34,915 nt of DNA from Betaproteobacteria bacterium (GCA_012274205.1 JAAOZY010000223.1:1-34915); one strand, 5' to 3'; positions 26,561 to 34,325 are shown, counted from the first letter of the stretch. Program-made: numbers and translations. The notes: generated by a model from the letters alone, not told the origin.

Positions 26561-27505
26561 ATGTCCATCAAGCCTGCGATCCTGCTGGCCGGCGCTGCTT
26601 CATTGCTGACCCTGGTCGCCTGCAGTTCCAACGAACCGGCGCAGTCCAAAGAGGCCGTGGCCGCCACCGTCAACGGAGCTCCCATCAGCGAGCGTCTGGT
26701 CGACATGATGCTGAAGCAGCGCTCGGGCCTCGGCCGGGAGGTCGGAGCCGAGGCGCGCAAGGCGTTCATCGACCGTCTGGCGATGCAACTCATCATCTCC
26801 CAGGAAGCAATCAAGAAGGGGCTGGACAAGGCGCCGGAAGTAGCCGATCAGGTGGACCTGATCAAGCAATCGGTGCTGGTGGACGCATTCGTGCAGGATT
26901 ACATCAAGAACAATCCCGTCAGCGACGATGCGATCAAGGCCGAGTACGAGAAGATCAAGGCCCAGGAGGCGGGCACGGAATACAAGGCACGCCATATTCT
27001 GGTCGATAGCGAAGCCGAGGCCAAGGACATCATCGCCAAGCTGAACAAGGATCCCAAAGCATTCGAGGCGCTGGCCAAGGCGAAGTCCAAGGACCCTGGT
27101 TCGAAGGTCAAGGGCGGCGAGCTGGGCTGGTTCGACCCGCGCGGCATGGTGCCGGAGTTCGGCGAGGCGGTGTCCAAGCTGGCCAAGGGCAAATTCACCG
27201 AAACGCCGGTCAAGTCGCAATTCGGCTACCACGTGATCCTGCTGGAGGATACGCGCGCAAAAGAAGCCGTGCCGCTGGAGCAGGTGAAGGCCAGGTTGCA
27301 GCAGCAGATGCAGGAGCAGAACCTGCAAAAGCTTTTCGATGCGATGAAAGCGAAAGCAAAGATCGAGATTGCGCAGACTTCGCCAGTGACTCCGGCGAAA
27401 GACGCGAAGCCGGCAGAGCCCGCCAAGGCAGCGGAGCCCGCTAAGGCAGCGGAGCCCGCCAAGCCGGCAGAGCCTGCCAAGCCGGCAGAGCCTGCCAAAA
27501 AATAG
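26561..27505 (+). CDS. Parvulin-type peptidyl-prolyl cis-trans isomerase lipoprotein
   Basis: 314 aa. The lipoprotein signal is MSIKPAILLAGAASLLTLVAC, with lipobox LVAC. The parvulin domain reads YKARHILV...GGELGWF..G.MVPEF......L..G......PV.S.FGYHVI. The C-terminus carries a KPAEPA-type repeat tail. AGGA lies 9 nt upstream. Confidence 0.88.
   Translation: MSIKPAILLAGAASLLTLVACSSNEPAQSKEAVAATVNGAPISERLVDMMLKQRSGLGREVGAEARKAFIDRLAMQLIISQEAIKKGLDKAPEVADQVDLIKQSVLVDAFVQDYIKNNPVSDDAIKAEYEKIKAQEAGTEYKARHILVDSEAEAKDIIAKLNKDPKAFEALAKAKSKDPGSKVKGGELGWFDPRGMVPEFGEAVSKLAKGKFTETPVKSQFGYHVILLEDTRAKEAVPLEQVKARLQQQMQEQNLQKLFDAMKAKAKIEIAQTSPVTPAKDAKPAEPAKAAEPAKAAEPAKPAEPAKPAEPAKK
27407..27496 (+). repeat. 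In-frame 18-bp tandem repeat x5 encoding K-(P/A)-A-E-P-A
   Basis: Five consecutive 18-nt units (AAG CCG GCA GAG CCC GCC and variants) sit at the 3' end of the PPIase gene, with only synonymous or P/A changes between units. Confidence 0.9.
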
Positions 27506-27515
27506 GGCCGGACGT

Positions 27516-27540
27516 TTCGCGCCGCTGAACGCGGCGCGAA
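27516..27540 (+). terminator. GC-rich hairpin downstream of the PPIase gene (possible terminator, no U-run)
   Basis: Perfect 10-bp stem TTCGCGCCGC / GCGGCGCGAA with a 5-nt loop, 10 nt after the stop codon. Confidence 0.4.
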
Positions 27541-27748
27541 GCCTGGCGCGTAAAGGGGAACGCGCACACGCGTTCGTCCGCGTGCACATTGCGGGGGGTG
27601 CACATGATGCGCTTCCCGGTTGGCACGCTTCGTTTAGAGCTTGTATCGTCCGCGTGTAGCGGAGCTTCTATTCGTAGCGATCTGCTCCGGCAGCATGCAT
27701 CTCCGGCAAGCTTCGCGCAGCCTTGGTTGCCGGTTTCCGAACCAAACT

Positions 27749-27967
27749 CTGTTCTATCGCGATATCTCGACCCGGCCGGGCGAACCCTCGAACACGGACA
27801 TCGCAGTCGCCGTGACCGGGATGCTGCTGTTGCTGGTGCGGCTGATGCTCGGCATATTGGCGCTGTGCACCGCATTCCCGGAAATCGCCGAACTCGACCT
27901 GAATCCGGTTTTCGCCAATCCGCGCGGCGTAGGCATAGTCGACGCGCGCATCCTGCTGGCGGCTTGA
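27749..27967 (+). pseudogene. Probable C-terminal remnant of an NDP-forming acyl-CoA synthetase-like (ATP-grasp/CoA-ligase) gene
   Basis: The translation (FYRDISTRPGEPSNTDIAVAVTGMLLLLVRLMLGILALCTAFPEIAELDLNPVFANPRGVGIVDARILLAA*) resembles the conserved C-terminal end of acetate--CoA ligase (ADP-forming) family proteins (..RG.P..D..A....LL.VS.L....PEI.ELD.NPL.....G....DARI). Nothing upstream resembles the remaining ~600 aa. Confidence 0.35.
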
Positions 27968-28770
27968 GCTGCGCCTTGCTTGTTCTGCGGAGCCGCCTGC
28001 CGCGTGAGTTCGGTGCGTATCTCACGCAGCTTTGCCTTGATCCTTCGCGCATTCTCAACGCCTATGCGCATCAGGATCTTCTGCCCGGCCGAGCGCGCCT
28101 CCAGCTCCGGGTCGGCGAACTGGTAAAACACCTTGGGTTGCACCAGCCGGATCGGCGCCTGGAGTTCCGGAGCGGCGAGCAGATGATCGATCACCTCGAC
28201 CAGCCGGTCGTTGAAATAGCCTTTCGGGTAGCCGAGTTCACGGTACGCCTGCTGGAACAGCGGATACAGTTGGATATAGAGCGCGACCAGCTTGTGCGCA
28301 TCGATGGTGTCGGCCAGCTTCACGTAAGGGGCATAGCGCGCGGCATTCGACTGGCCGATCTCGAAGCCTTCGCCGGCGCGATCGACCAGGAATCGACCCG
28401 CCGCCGGCTTCACCGGCATCAGCCGCACCGCGGCCTTGCCGCGCGGCAGATTGTCTACGCTGGCGACGACGCGGCGCACGAAGTCGTGCAACTGGAACAG
28501 CCCGATGAGCGTCTTGCCCAGCGACAGCCCGTCGAGCGCATTCCGCACTGCGGTATCGCTCAGGTCGAGCGCGGGCAGCGGCTTGTCCAGCGACGGCGGC
28601 GCGAGCGGATAGCGGATCTGCGGGCCGACCGGCAGGGCAGGTGCCACCGGCTGGGTGACGACAGGGACCGAGGGCAATGGCGGTTCCTGCCGTTGACGTG
28701 CGTTGTAGATGAAGATCGCGAGCGCACCCAATGCAACAAGCAGCAGCAGTGACCAGATGAGCTTTTTCAT
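27754..28770 (-). CDS. DUF3014-like membrane-anchored protein with an unusual C-terminal extension
   Basis: ATG at 28770. MKKLIWSLLLLVALGALAIFIY is an N-terminal anchor, followed by a Pro-rich linker and a conserved-looking domain (LFQLHDFVRRVVASVDNLPRGK...YPLFQQAYRELGYP.GYFNDRL). After ...KAKLREIRTELTRQ the ORF continues for about 75 low-quality codons, antisense to the remnant at 27749-27967. The family name is from memory. Confidence 0.65.
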   Translation of the reverse strand: MKKLIWSLLLLVALGALAIFIYNARQRQEPPLPSVPVVTQPVAPALPVGPQIRYPLAPPSLDKPLPALDLSDTAVRNALDGLSLGKTLIGLFQLHDFVRRVVASVDNLPRGKAAVRLMPVKPAAGRFLVDRAGEGFEIGQSNAARYAPYVKLADTIDAHKLVALYIQLYPLFQQAYRELGYPKGYFNDRLVEVIDHLLAAPELQAPIRLVQPKVFYQFADPELEARSAGQKILMRIGVENARRIKAKLREIRTELTRQAAPQNKQGAAQAASRMRASTMPTPRGLAKTGFRSSSAISGNAVHSANMPSISRTSNSSIPVTATAMSVFEGSPGRVEISR

Positions 28771-28917
28771 GTTCGACCCCGGGCGCAGCGGCGAATTGGA
28801 CTGGGCGTGAAAAATTTTATCACAGCGCAGCGCACGCCCCGGCAGTGAATCCGGCGTTGCGCCGCCGCGCAAAGCCGCTTAATCTGTGCATCTCTCCATC
28901 CGGATTCGCACATTCAA

Positions 28918-29385
28918 ATGCCGAACTTGCTTGCAGCACTCAAACACGAAATCGCGCGGCTCGCCCGCAGGGAGGCGCGCAGCCTGACCAGATCCCTGGC
29001 GCGGAATTCCGCCCAGTTTCGCCGGGACATTGCCGAATTGAAACGCCAGAATTCGAAGGCAGGGCTTGAAATTGCCCGGCTTCAGCGCCAGATGCGCCAG
29101 ACCAGCGTTGCGCCGCTCGCGCAGGCAAGCGACAGGAAGCCGCGCTTCTCGGCGGCAAGCGTGAAGTCGCAGCGCCGGCGCCTGGGCGTTTCTGCCGCAG
29201 ATTATGCGACGCTGGTCGGTGTCACCGCGCATACCATCTACCAATGGGAACACGGAGCGTCGAAACCGCGCCGGGCGCAGCTGGCGGCGCTCGCCGCCGT
29301 GCGCGGCCTGGGAAAGACGGAAGTCAGGCGGCGACTGCAGGCAAGTGCCGCGACGGCATCCAGGGCGCGTGGAAAGAAAGGCTGA
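28918..29385 (+). CDS. Coiled-coil plus XRE-type helix-turn-helix protein
   Basis: 155 aa. The N-terminal heptad-like, Arg-rich helix is LKHEIARLARREAR...IAELKRQNSKAGLEIARLQRQMRQ. The C-terminal HTH is LGVSAADYATLVGVTAHTIYQWEHGASKP. Confidence 0.65.
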   Translation: MPNLLAALKHEIARLARREARSLTRSLARNSAQFRRDIAELKRQNSKAGLEIARLQRQMRQTSVAPLAQASDRKPRFSAASVKSQRRRLGVSAADYATLVGVTAHTIYQWEHGASKPRRAQLAALAAVRGLGKTEVRRRLQASAATASRARGKKG

Positions 29386-29506
29386 GGCCGGCTGAATGGC
29401 GGCCCATCTGCGGCAATGCCGGCGACTGGCGCTGACAGCAGGGCCGCTTTCTGGCTGATGCACCTTACGTTGCCCATGTCTGCTTCAAGCGGCAACGTCG
29501 AACACC

Positions 29507-30985
29507 ATGAATGAAGCCGGCGCAAAGAAGATATCATTCATCCGCGCAGTCGAATCCACCGACTCCGGGCACAAGCTTCTGAGCGCAGAAGATCGCGGCT
29601 ACGCCGAACGCATCGCGGCCGAACAGACGCGCTGGCAGGCGGCAGAGCAGGCCGAGCGGCCCTCGTCCGCGGCCTACCTCGCCAGGCGCGCGGAGTTGCT
29701 CACCGACAAGCTGGCGCAGCGCCATCCCAAAGCACTGCGGGCGTTCGAGGCGATGCGCTGGTGGCCGTGGATCGGTGTGCTGCTGCCGCTGCTCGCACTT
29801 GTCCTGGGCGCAGCCGCCGAGCACATCGCCGACCGGCAGCGCGTCAACATTCTCGCCTTTCCGCTGCTCGGCCTTTTGCTCTGGAATCTGGCCGTATACC
29901 TGATGCTGGCGGCAAGCGTGGCGCGCACGCTCGTCCGCGGCACCGGCCGCAGGGCGGGCTGGTTGCAAGAGCAGATATTCGGCGTTCGCGCCAGGTTTTC
30001 CCCGGACGCTGCGGGGCCGCTGGCTGCGGCATTCGGACGCTTTGCGCTGGATTGGACGCAGCGTTCGTCGCCGCTGCTGGCGGCGCGCGCGGCGCGCGTG
30101 CTGCATCTCGCCGCTGCGCTGCTCGCACTGGGCGTGATCGCGGGTCTGTACCTGCGCGGCCTGGTGTTGGAGTACCGCGCGGGCTGGGACAGCACATTTC
30201 TCGACGCGAACGCGGTGCATTCGCTGCTGGCATTCTTCCTGCAACCCGTGGCGCGCCTGGTCGGCGTGCCGTTTCCCGGCGTGGCGGAGATTGCCGCCTT
30301 GCGCTGGAGCGCGGGTGAGGGTGAAAACGCGGCGCGCTGGATACATATGTACGCGGCAACCGCCATGTTGTGGGTGGTGGTGCCGCGCCTGGGCCTGGCG
30401 GCGATCGCCGCATGGCGCGAACGCCGTATCGCCGCGGATTTTCCGCTGGCGCTAGACGACCCGTATTTCCGCCGGGTGCTGTCGGCCTGGCGCGAAGTGC
30501 CGGCCCGCGTGCGCGTCGCGCCTTATGCCTATACGCCGGCGGATGCGGCAAGCGAGGGCTTGCGGCGCCTCGCCCGACATCTGTTCGGCGACCGCGTAGA
30601 CCTGAAGTTCTCCCGCACCACGGACTATGGCGAAGAAGACAGCACTGTGAGCGGCGTGGACGGCGCAGCGGGAACGGATCTGCTCATCGCGCTGTTCAAT
30701 CTCGGATCGACGCCGGAAACGGAGAACCACGGCGTGTTTCTCGACCGCCTCGAATCCGCCGCGGAGGGCCCGGTCATTGTGCTGGTGGACGAATCGTCGT
30801 TTCGCCGCCGCCTGGCAGGACAGGCGGGCAGCGATGCACGCCTCGCCGAACGCCGGCGCGCATGGAACGGTCTTGCCGGCACACGCGGACTCGGCGCGGT
30901 GTACGCCGACCTGGAGTCGGCGGATCTGGCTGTCGTGGAGCGCGAGTTCGAACTGCAGTTGTCGCGCGCGTCCGGCAGGAACTGA
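29507..30985 (+). CDS. Polytopic membrane protein, DUF2868-like
   Basis: 492 aa. A charged N-terminal region comes first. At least four hydrophobic helices follow (WWPWIGVLLPLLALVLGAAA; ILAFPLLGLLLWNLAVYLMLAA; LHLAAALLALGVIAGLYL; YAATAMLWVVVPRLGLAAIAAW). A soluble C-terminal domain of about 170 aa completes the protein. The stop is 3 nt before the next gene's ATG. The DUF assignment is from memory and was not searched. Confidence 0.65.
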   Translation: MNEAGAKKISFIRAVESTDSGHKLLSAEDRGYAERIAAEQTRWQAAEQAERPSSAAYLARRAELLTDKLAQRHPKALRAFEAMRWWPWIGVLLPLLALVLGAAAEHIADRQRVNILAFPLLGLLLWNLAVYLMLAASVARTLVRGTGRRAGWLQEQIFGVRARFSPDAAGPLAAAFGRFALDWTQRSSPLLAARAARVLHLAAALLALGVIAGLYLRGLVLEYRAGWDSTFLDANAVHSLLAFFLQPVARLVGVPFPGVAEIAALRWSAGEGENAARWIHMYAATAMLWVVVPRLGLAAIAAWRERRIAADFPLALDDPYFRRVLSAWREVPARVRVAPYAYTPADAASEGLRRLARHLFGDRVDLKFSRTTDYGEEDSTVSGVDGAAGTDLLIALFNLGSTPETENHGVFLDRLESAAEGPVIVLVDESSFRRRLAGQAGSDARLAERRRAWNGLAGTRGLGAVYADLESADLAVVEREFELQLSRASGRN

Positions 30986-30988
30986 TCC

Positions 30989-32467
30989 ATGGCCGCCGCC
31001 ACCATCGCCCTGTGCATTGTGTCGCACACCAACGCGGGCAAGACGACGCTGGCGCGCACGCTGCTCGAGCGCGATATCGGCGAGGTGCGCGATCAGCCGC
31101 ACGTCACCGAGCTTGCCGAGTCGCACCTGCTGCTCGAAACGGCGCAGGGCGACGCGCTGCGCCTGTGGGATACCCCGGGATTCGGCGACTCGGCGCGGCT
31201 GGTGAAGCGGCTGATGGCAGCAGACAGCCCGGTCGGCTGGATGCTGCGCGAACTGTGGGACCGCTACCGCGACCGGCCGTTCTGGTGCAGCCAGCAGGCG
31301 ATGCGCGCGGCGCGCGACTCGGCCGATGTCGTGCTCTATCTCGCCAATGCCGCCGAGGATCCGCGCGACGCAGCGTATGTCACGGCGGAAATGCAGATAT
31401 TGCGCTGGATCGGAAAGCCGGTGCTGCTGCTGCTCAATCAGCTCGGGCCGCCCAGGCCCGCAGTGCAGGAGCGCGCCGAGGAGGAACGCTGGCGTTCGCA
31501 CCTCGCTCCGCTCGCGGTGGTGCGCGAGGTGCTGACGTTCGATGCGTTCGCCCGCTGCTGGGTGCAGGAAGGGGTGTTGTTCGCCGCGGTGGAAAAGCTG
31601 CTGGTGGCGGAAAAGCGCGAACCCTTCGCGCGGCTTGCTGCGGCCTGGACGGCGCGCAGCCTCGCGCGTTTTGATGCCGCCATGGCGATCCTCGCCGCGC
31701 AAATCGCGCGCGCGGCGCGCGATCGCGAGCCCGTCGCTGCCGCGCCTTCGGCGGGGATGGCGCAGCGGCTGCTCAAGACGCTCGGCCTGCGCGGCAATGC
31801 CGGCGAAGCCGCGCGCGAACTCGCGCTCGATGCGCTCGCCAGCAGGCTGGAACAGCAGACGCGCGAGGCGACGCAGCGGCTGATCGAGCTGCATGGGCTG
31901 GAGGGCAGCGCGAGCGCGATCGTGCTGCAGCGCGTACGCGAGCGCTTCGAGGGTGCAGACCGCATAGAGGAGGGCCGGGCGGCGGCCTGGGGCGGCATCG
32001 TGTCGGGCGCGCTCAGCGGCCTTGCGGCCGACCTCGCTGCCGGCGGACTGACGCTGGGCGCGGGGATGCTCGCCGGCGGCATACTCGGCGCCTTGGGCGG
32101 GGCCGGGATCGCGCGCGGCTACAACATGATCCGCGGCAGCAGCGAGCCTGCCATAGGCTGGGGTGCGCCGTCGCTGGACTCTCTGGCCGCCGCCGCCATC
32201 CTGCGCTATCTTGCAGTCGCCCATTACGGCCGCGGACGCGGCCCCTACCTGGAAGGGGAAGTGCCGCTGTTCTGGCGCGAGGAGGTAATCCGCGAAATCG
32301 ACGGCTGCAGCGAGACGCTGCACGCGCTATGGGAAAATGCCGCTCAGAGCGAAGACCCGGAGCAGCTAAAGCGCGATCTTCAGGATACGCTCGCCGGCGC
32401 AAGCGCCGGGGTGCTCGACCGGTTCTATCCGGGTCGCGTTCCGGCGGCGCTGCTGCAGGACCGCTGA
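30989..32467 (+). CDS. Membrane-anchored P-loop GTPase-like protein, DUF3482-like
   Basis: 492 aa. G1 is IVSHTNAGKTTL, G3 is WDTPGFGDS, and the G4 position reads LLLNQLG with no NKxD Asp. The C-terminal glycine-zipper hydrophobic segment is GGIVSGALSGLAADLAAGGLTLGAGMLAGGILGALGGAGIA. Confidence 0.7.
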   Translation: MAAATIALCIVSHTNAGKTTLARTLLERDIGEVRDQPHVTELAESHLLLETAQGDALRLWDTPGFGDSARLVKRLMAADSPVGWMLRELWDRYRDRPFWCSQQAMRAARDSADVVLYLANAAEDPRDAAYVTAEMQILRWIGKPVLLLLNQLGPPRPAVQERAEEERWRSHLAPLAVVREVLTFDAFARCWVQEGVLFAAVEKLLVAEKREPFARLAAAWTARSLARFDAAMAILAAQIARAARDREPVAAAPSAGMAQRLLKTLGLRGNAGEAARELALDALASRLEQQTREATQRLIELHGLEGSASAIVLQRVRERFEGADRIEEGRAAAWGGIVSGALSGLAADLAAGGLTLGAGMLAGGILGALGGAGIARGYNMIRGSSEPAIGWGAPSLDSLAAAAILRYLAVAHYGRGRGPYLEGEVPLFWREEVIREIDGCSETLHALWENAAQSEDPEQLKRDLQDTLAGASAGVLDRFYPGRVPAALLQDR

Positions 32468-32495
32468 ATCGCGGCCGGCGCTCAGACCGCCTGCC

Positions 32496-32741
32496 TCAGC
32501 TTCCGGGTTTGCGCCCCGGCGTCTTGGGCGGGATGGTTCCGGCAATGCGGCAGAGCATGCCTTCGATTGCCTTGCCGTCGTTGTAGCGCGTCACGCTGCA
32601 GCGGGATATTTCGCCGCGCGCCGACAGGTCAGACAGCGAAAGGCGCACCTTGGGGAGCGGAATCCCCGTCCCTGCCGCAATTTCCAGGTCGAGCTGCTGG
32701 CCGTTCTTTTTCAGATACTGAAGGATCGGGGTCGCGTACAT
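32496..32741 (-). CDS. Small winged-helix-like DNA-binding protein (hypothetical)
   Basis: 81 aa from the ATG at 32741, with AGGAG 11 nt upstream. It reads MYATPILQYLKKNGQQLDLEIAAGTGIPLPKVRLSLSDLSARGEISR, which looks like a wHTH, and ends in a basic tail. An ORF extension to 32828 is possible but lacks an RBS. Confidence 0.5.
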   Translation of the reverse strand: MYATPILQYLKKNGQQLDLEIAAGTGIPLPKVRLSLSDLSARGEISRCSVTRYNDGKAIEGMLCRIAGTIPPKTPGRKPGS

Positions 32742-32875
32742 GGTCTCTGCTACTCCTGGGGAAAATCGAGGCTTGCGCCTTTGCAAGGGCCGCTTGGCTG
32801 CCTTCGCGCGTGAATGCATGAGCTTCATGGTCTAAGAAGCAAGTTTAACTTTATAATACAACCTATTGATTTCTA

Positions 32876-32951
32876 TGGCTCCCCGACCAGGGATCGAACC
32901 TGGGACCTGCGGATTAACAGTCCGTCGCTCTACCGGCTGAGCTATCGGGGA
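32876..32951 (-). tRNA. tRNA-Asn (anticodon GTT)
   Basis: The minus strand reads TCCCCGATAGCTCAGCCGGTAGAGCGACGGACTGTTAATCCGCAGGTCCCAGGTTCGATCCCTGGTCGGGGAGCCA. The acceptor is TCCCCGA/TCGGGGA, the anticodon loop is CTGTTAA, the T arm is CCAGG-TTCGATC-CCTGG, and CCA is encoded. The sequence is close to E. coli tRNA-Asn. Confidence 0.93.
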
Positions 32952-33063
32952 ATAGTGAACCCGGGCGTAAAAAAACGGGTTCAGGAAGGCGCGTATTTTA
33001 CGGGCTGGGGCAATTCAGGTCAATTGGAATTCCAGCCCGGATCGGATCAGAAACCCCGCGCGC

Positions 33064-34281
33064 TCAGCCGATTACCTTCGCAATCGCGTCGGCGGAATAG
33101 TCGACGTTCCTGGTGTTGAGCGCCGCGACGCAAATGCGGCCGCTTTCGATCGCATACACCGCGAATTCCTCGCGCATGCGCACCACCTGGTCCTTGGTCA
33201 GACCGGAGTAGGAGAACATGCCGCGCTGGCGTTCGATGAAGCTGAAATCGGCGCCGGGTGCGCGCGCATGGATTTTCTCCACCAGCAGCTTGCGCATCGA
33301 CTTGATGCGATCGCGCATCTGCCCCAGTTCCTGCTCCCACAGCGTGCGCAGTTCGGGGTTGGCCAGAACTGCAGCCACGATCTTGCTGCCATGGGTGGGC
33401 GGATTGGAGTAGTTGCTGCGCACCAGGCGCTTGATCTGCGACAGCACCCGCGCGCCTTCTTCGCTGCTCGCGGCAACCACGTTGAGGCTGCCGACGCGCT
33501 CGCCGTAGAGCGAGAACGATTTGGAGAAGGAATTCGCCACGAACAGCGGCATGCCGCTGTTGGCGAACAGGCGCACTGCTCTGCCGTCCGTGTCGAGGCT
33601 GTCGGCAAAACCCTGGTAGGCGATGTCGAGGAAAGGCACCAGGCCGCGCGCGGCCATCGCCTGGGCGACGCTGGCCCACTGCGCCTCGCTCAGGTCGACT
33701 CCGGTCGGGTTGTGGCAGCAGGCGTGCAGCAGCACGACGTCCCCCGCCGGCATGGCTTTGAGCGCGGCGAGCATGGCGTCGAAATTGACGCCGCGCGTCT
33801 TGGCGTCGTAATAGGGGTAGGTATTGACCTTGAAGCCGGCGCTTTCGAACACCGCGCGGTGGTTTTCCCAACTCGGATCGCTGATCCACAGCGTGGCATT
33901 GGGCGCGGTGCGGTGCAGGAAATCGGCCCCGACGCGCAGGCCGCCGGTACCGCCGAGTGTCTGCACGGTGACAATGCGGCCTTCCTTCACGGCAGCGCTG
34001 TCTGCGCCGAAAACCAAGCCCTGTACCGCCTTGTCGTAGGCGGCGAGGCCGTCGATCGGCAGGTAGTTGCGCGCCGCCGGCTGTTCCATCAGCGCGTGCT
34101 CGGCGCGGCGCACGCATTCGAGCAGCGGCACCTTGCCGTCGTCGCCGGTGTACACGCCCACGCCCAAATTGACCTTTTTCGGGTTTTTATCGGCGTTGTA
34201 GGCTTCGGTCAGGCCGAGGATGGGATCGCGCGGCGCCAGTTCAACGCCGGCAAGCAGGGAGGGGGAGTGCGGGGCGTTCAT
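33064..34281 (-). CDS. Class I PLP-dependent aromatic/aspartate aminotransferase (AspC/TyrB family)
   Basis: 405 aa, colinear by eye with E. coli TyrB/AspC. Matching blocks are DPILGL, KVNLGVGVY, TLGGTGGLRVGADFL, DPSWENH, LLHACCHNPTG, PFLDIAYQGF, the lysine motif NSFSKSFSLYGERVG, and RGMFSY. Confidence 0.92.
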   Translation of the reverse strand: MNAPHSPSLLAGVELAPRDPILGLTEAYNADKNPKKVNLGVGVYTGDDGKVPLLECVRRAEHALMEQPAARNYLPIDGLAAYDKAVQGLVFGADSAAVKEGRIVTVQTLGGTGGLRVGADFLHRTAPNATLWISDPSWENHRAVFESAGFKVNTYPYYDAKTRGVNFDAMLAALKAMPAGDVVLLHACCHNPTGVDLSEAQWASVAQAMAARGLVPFLDIAYQGFADSLDTDGRAVRLFANSGMPLFVANSFSKSFSLYGERVGSLNVVAASSEEGARVLSQIKRLVRSNYSNPPTHGSKIVAAVLANPELRTLWEQELGQMRDRIKSMRKLLVEKIHARAPGADFSFIERQRGMFSYSGLTKDQVVRMREEFAVYAIESGRICVAALNTRNVDYSADAIAKVIG

Positions 34282-34325
34282 CGTGCTAGACTTTCACGTT
34301 TTGTCGAAGCCATGATTGTACGCCT

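Noticed and set aside
27407-27496. Regularly spaced short repeats, which raised the question of a CRISPR-like array.
   Set aside because: The units are contiguous 18-bp in-frame codon repeats with no spacers, inside a well-supported CDS. No cas genes are present in the window.
28381-28397. CGACCAGGAATCGACCC matches the + strand image of the tRNA-Asn 3' half (CGACCAGGGATCGAACC) at 15 of 17 positions, in direct orientation. It could be a candidate att repeat delimiting a 4.5-kb island.
   Set aside because: It lies in-frame inside the conserved domain of the DUF3014-like gene (encoding ...GRFLVDRA...). The flanks do not extend the match. A 15/17 hit is not surprising given the many sub-windows I compared post hoc in GC-biased DNA.
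30452-32323. 623-aa minus-strand ORF, and other 200-430-aa ORFs in alternative frames over 29.5-32.4 kb.
   Set aside because: These are antisense or off-frame shadows of the DUF2868/DUF3482-like genes. They have biased Arg/Ala/Gly composition, no membrane or P-loop logic, and no RBS.
33001-33039. Hairpin CGGGCTGG...CCAGCCCG (8-bp stem, 23-nt loop) between the aminotransferase gene and tRNA-Asn, considered as a terminator or REP element.
   Set aside because: The loop is large and there is no U-run on the relevant (minus) strand. I saw no second copy in the window, so a terminator or repeat-family call is not supported.
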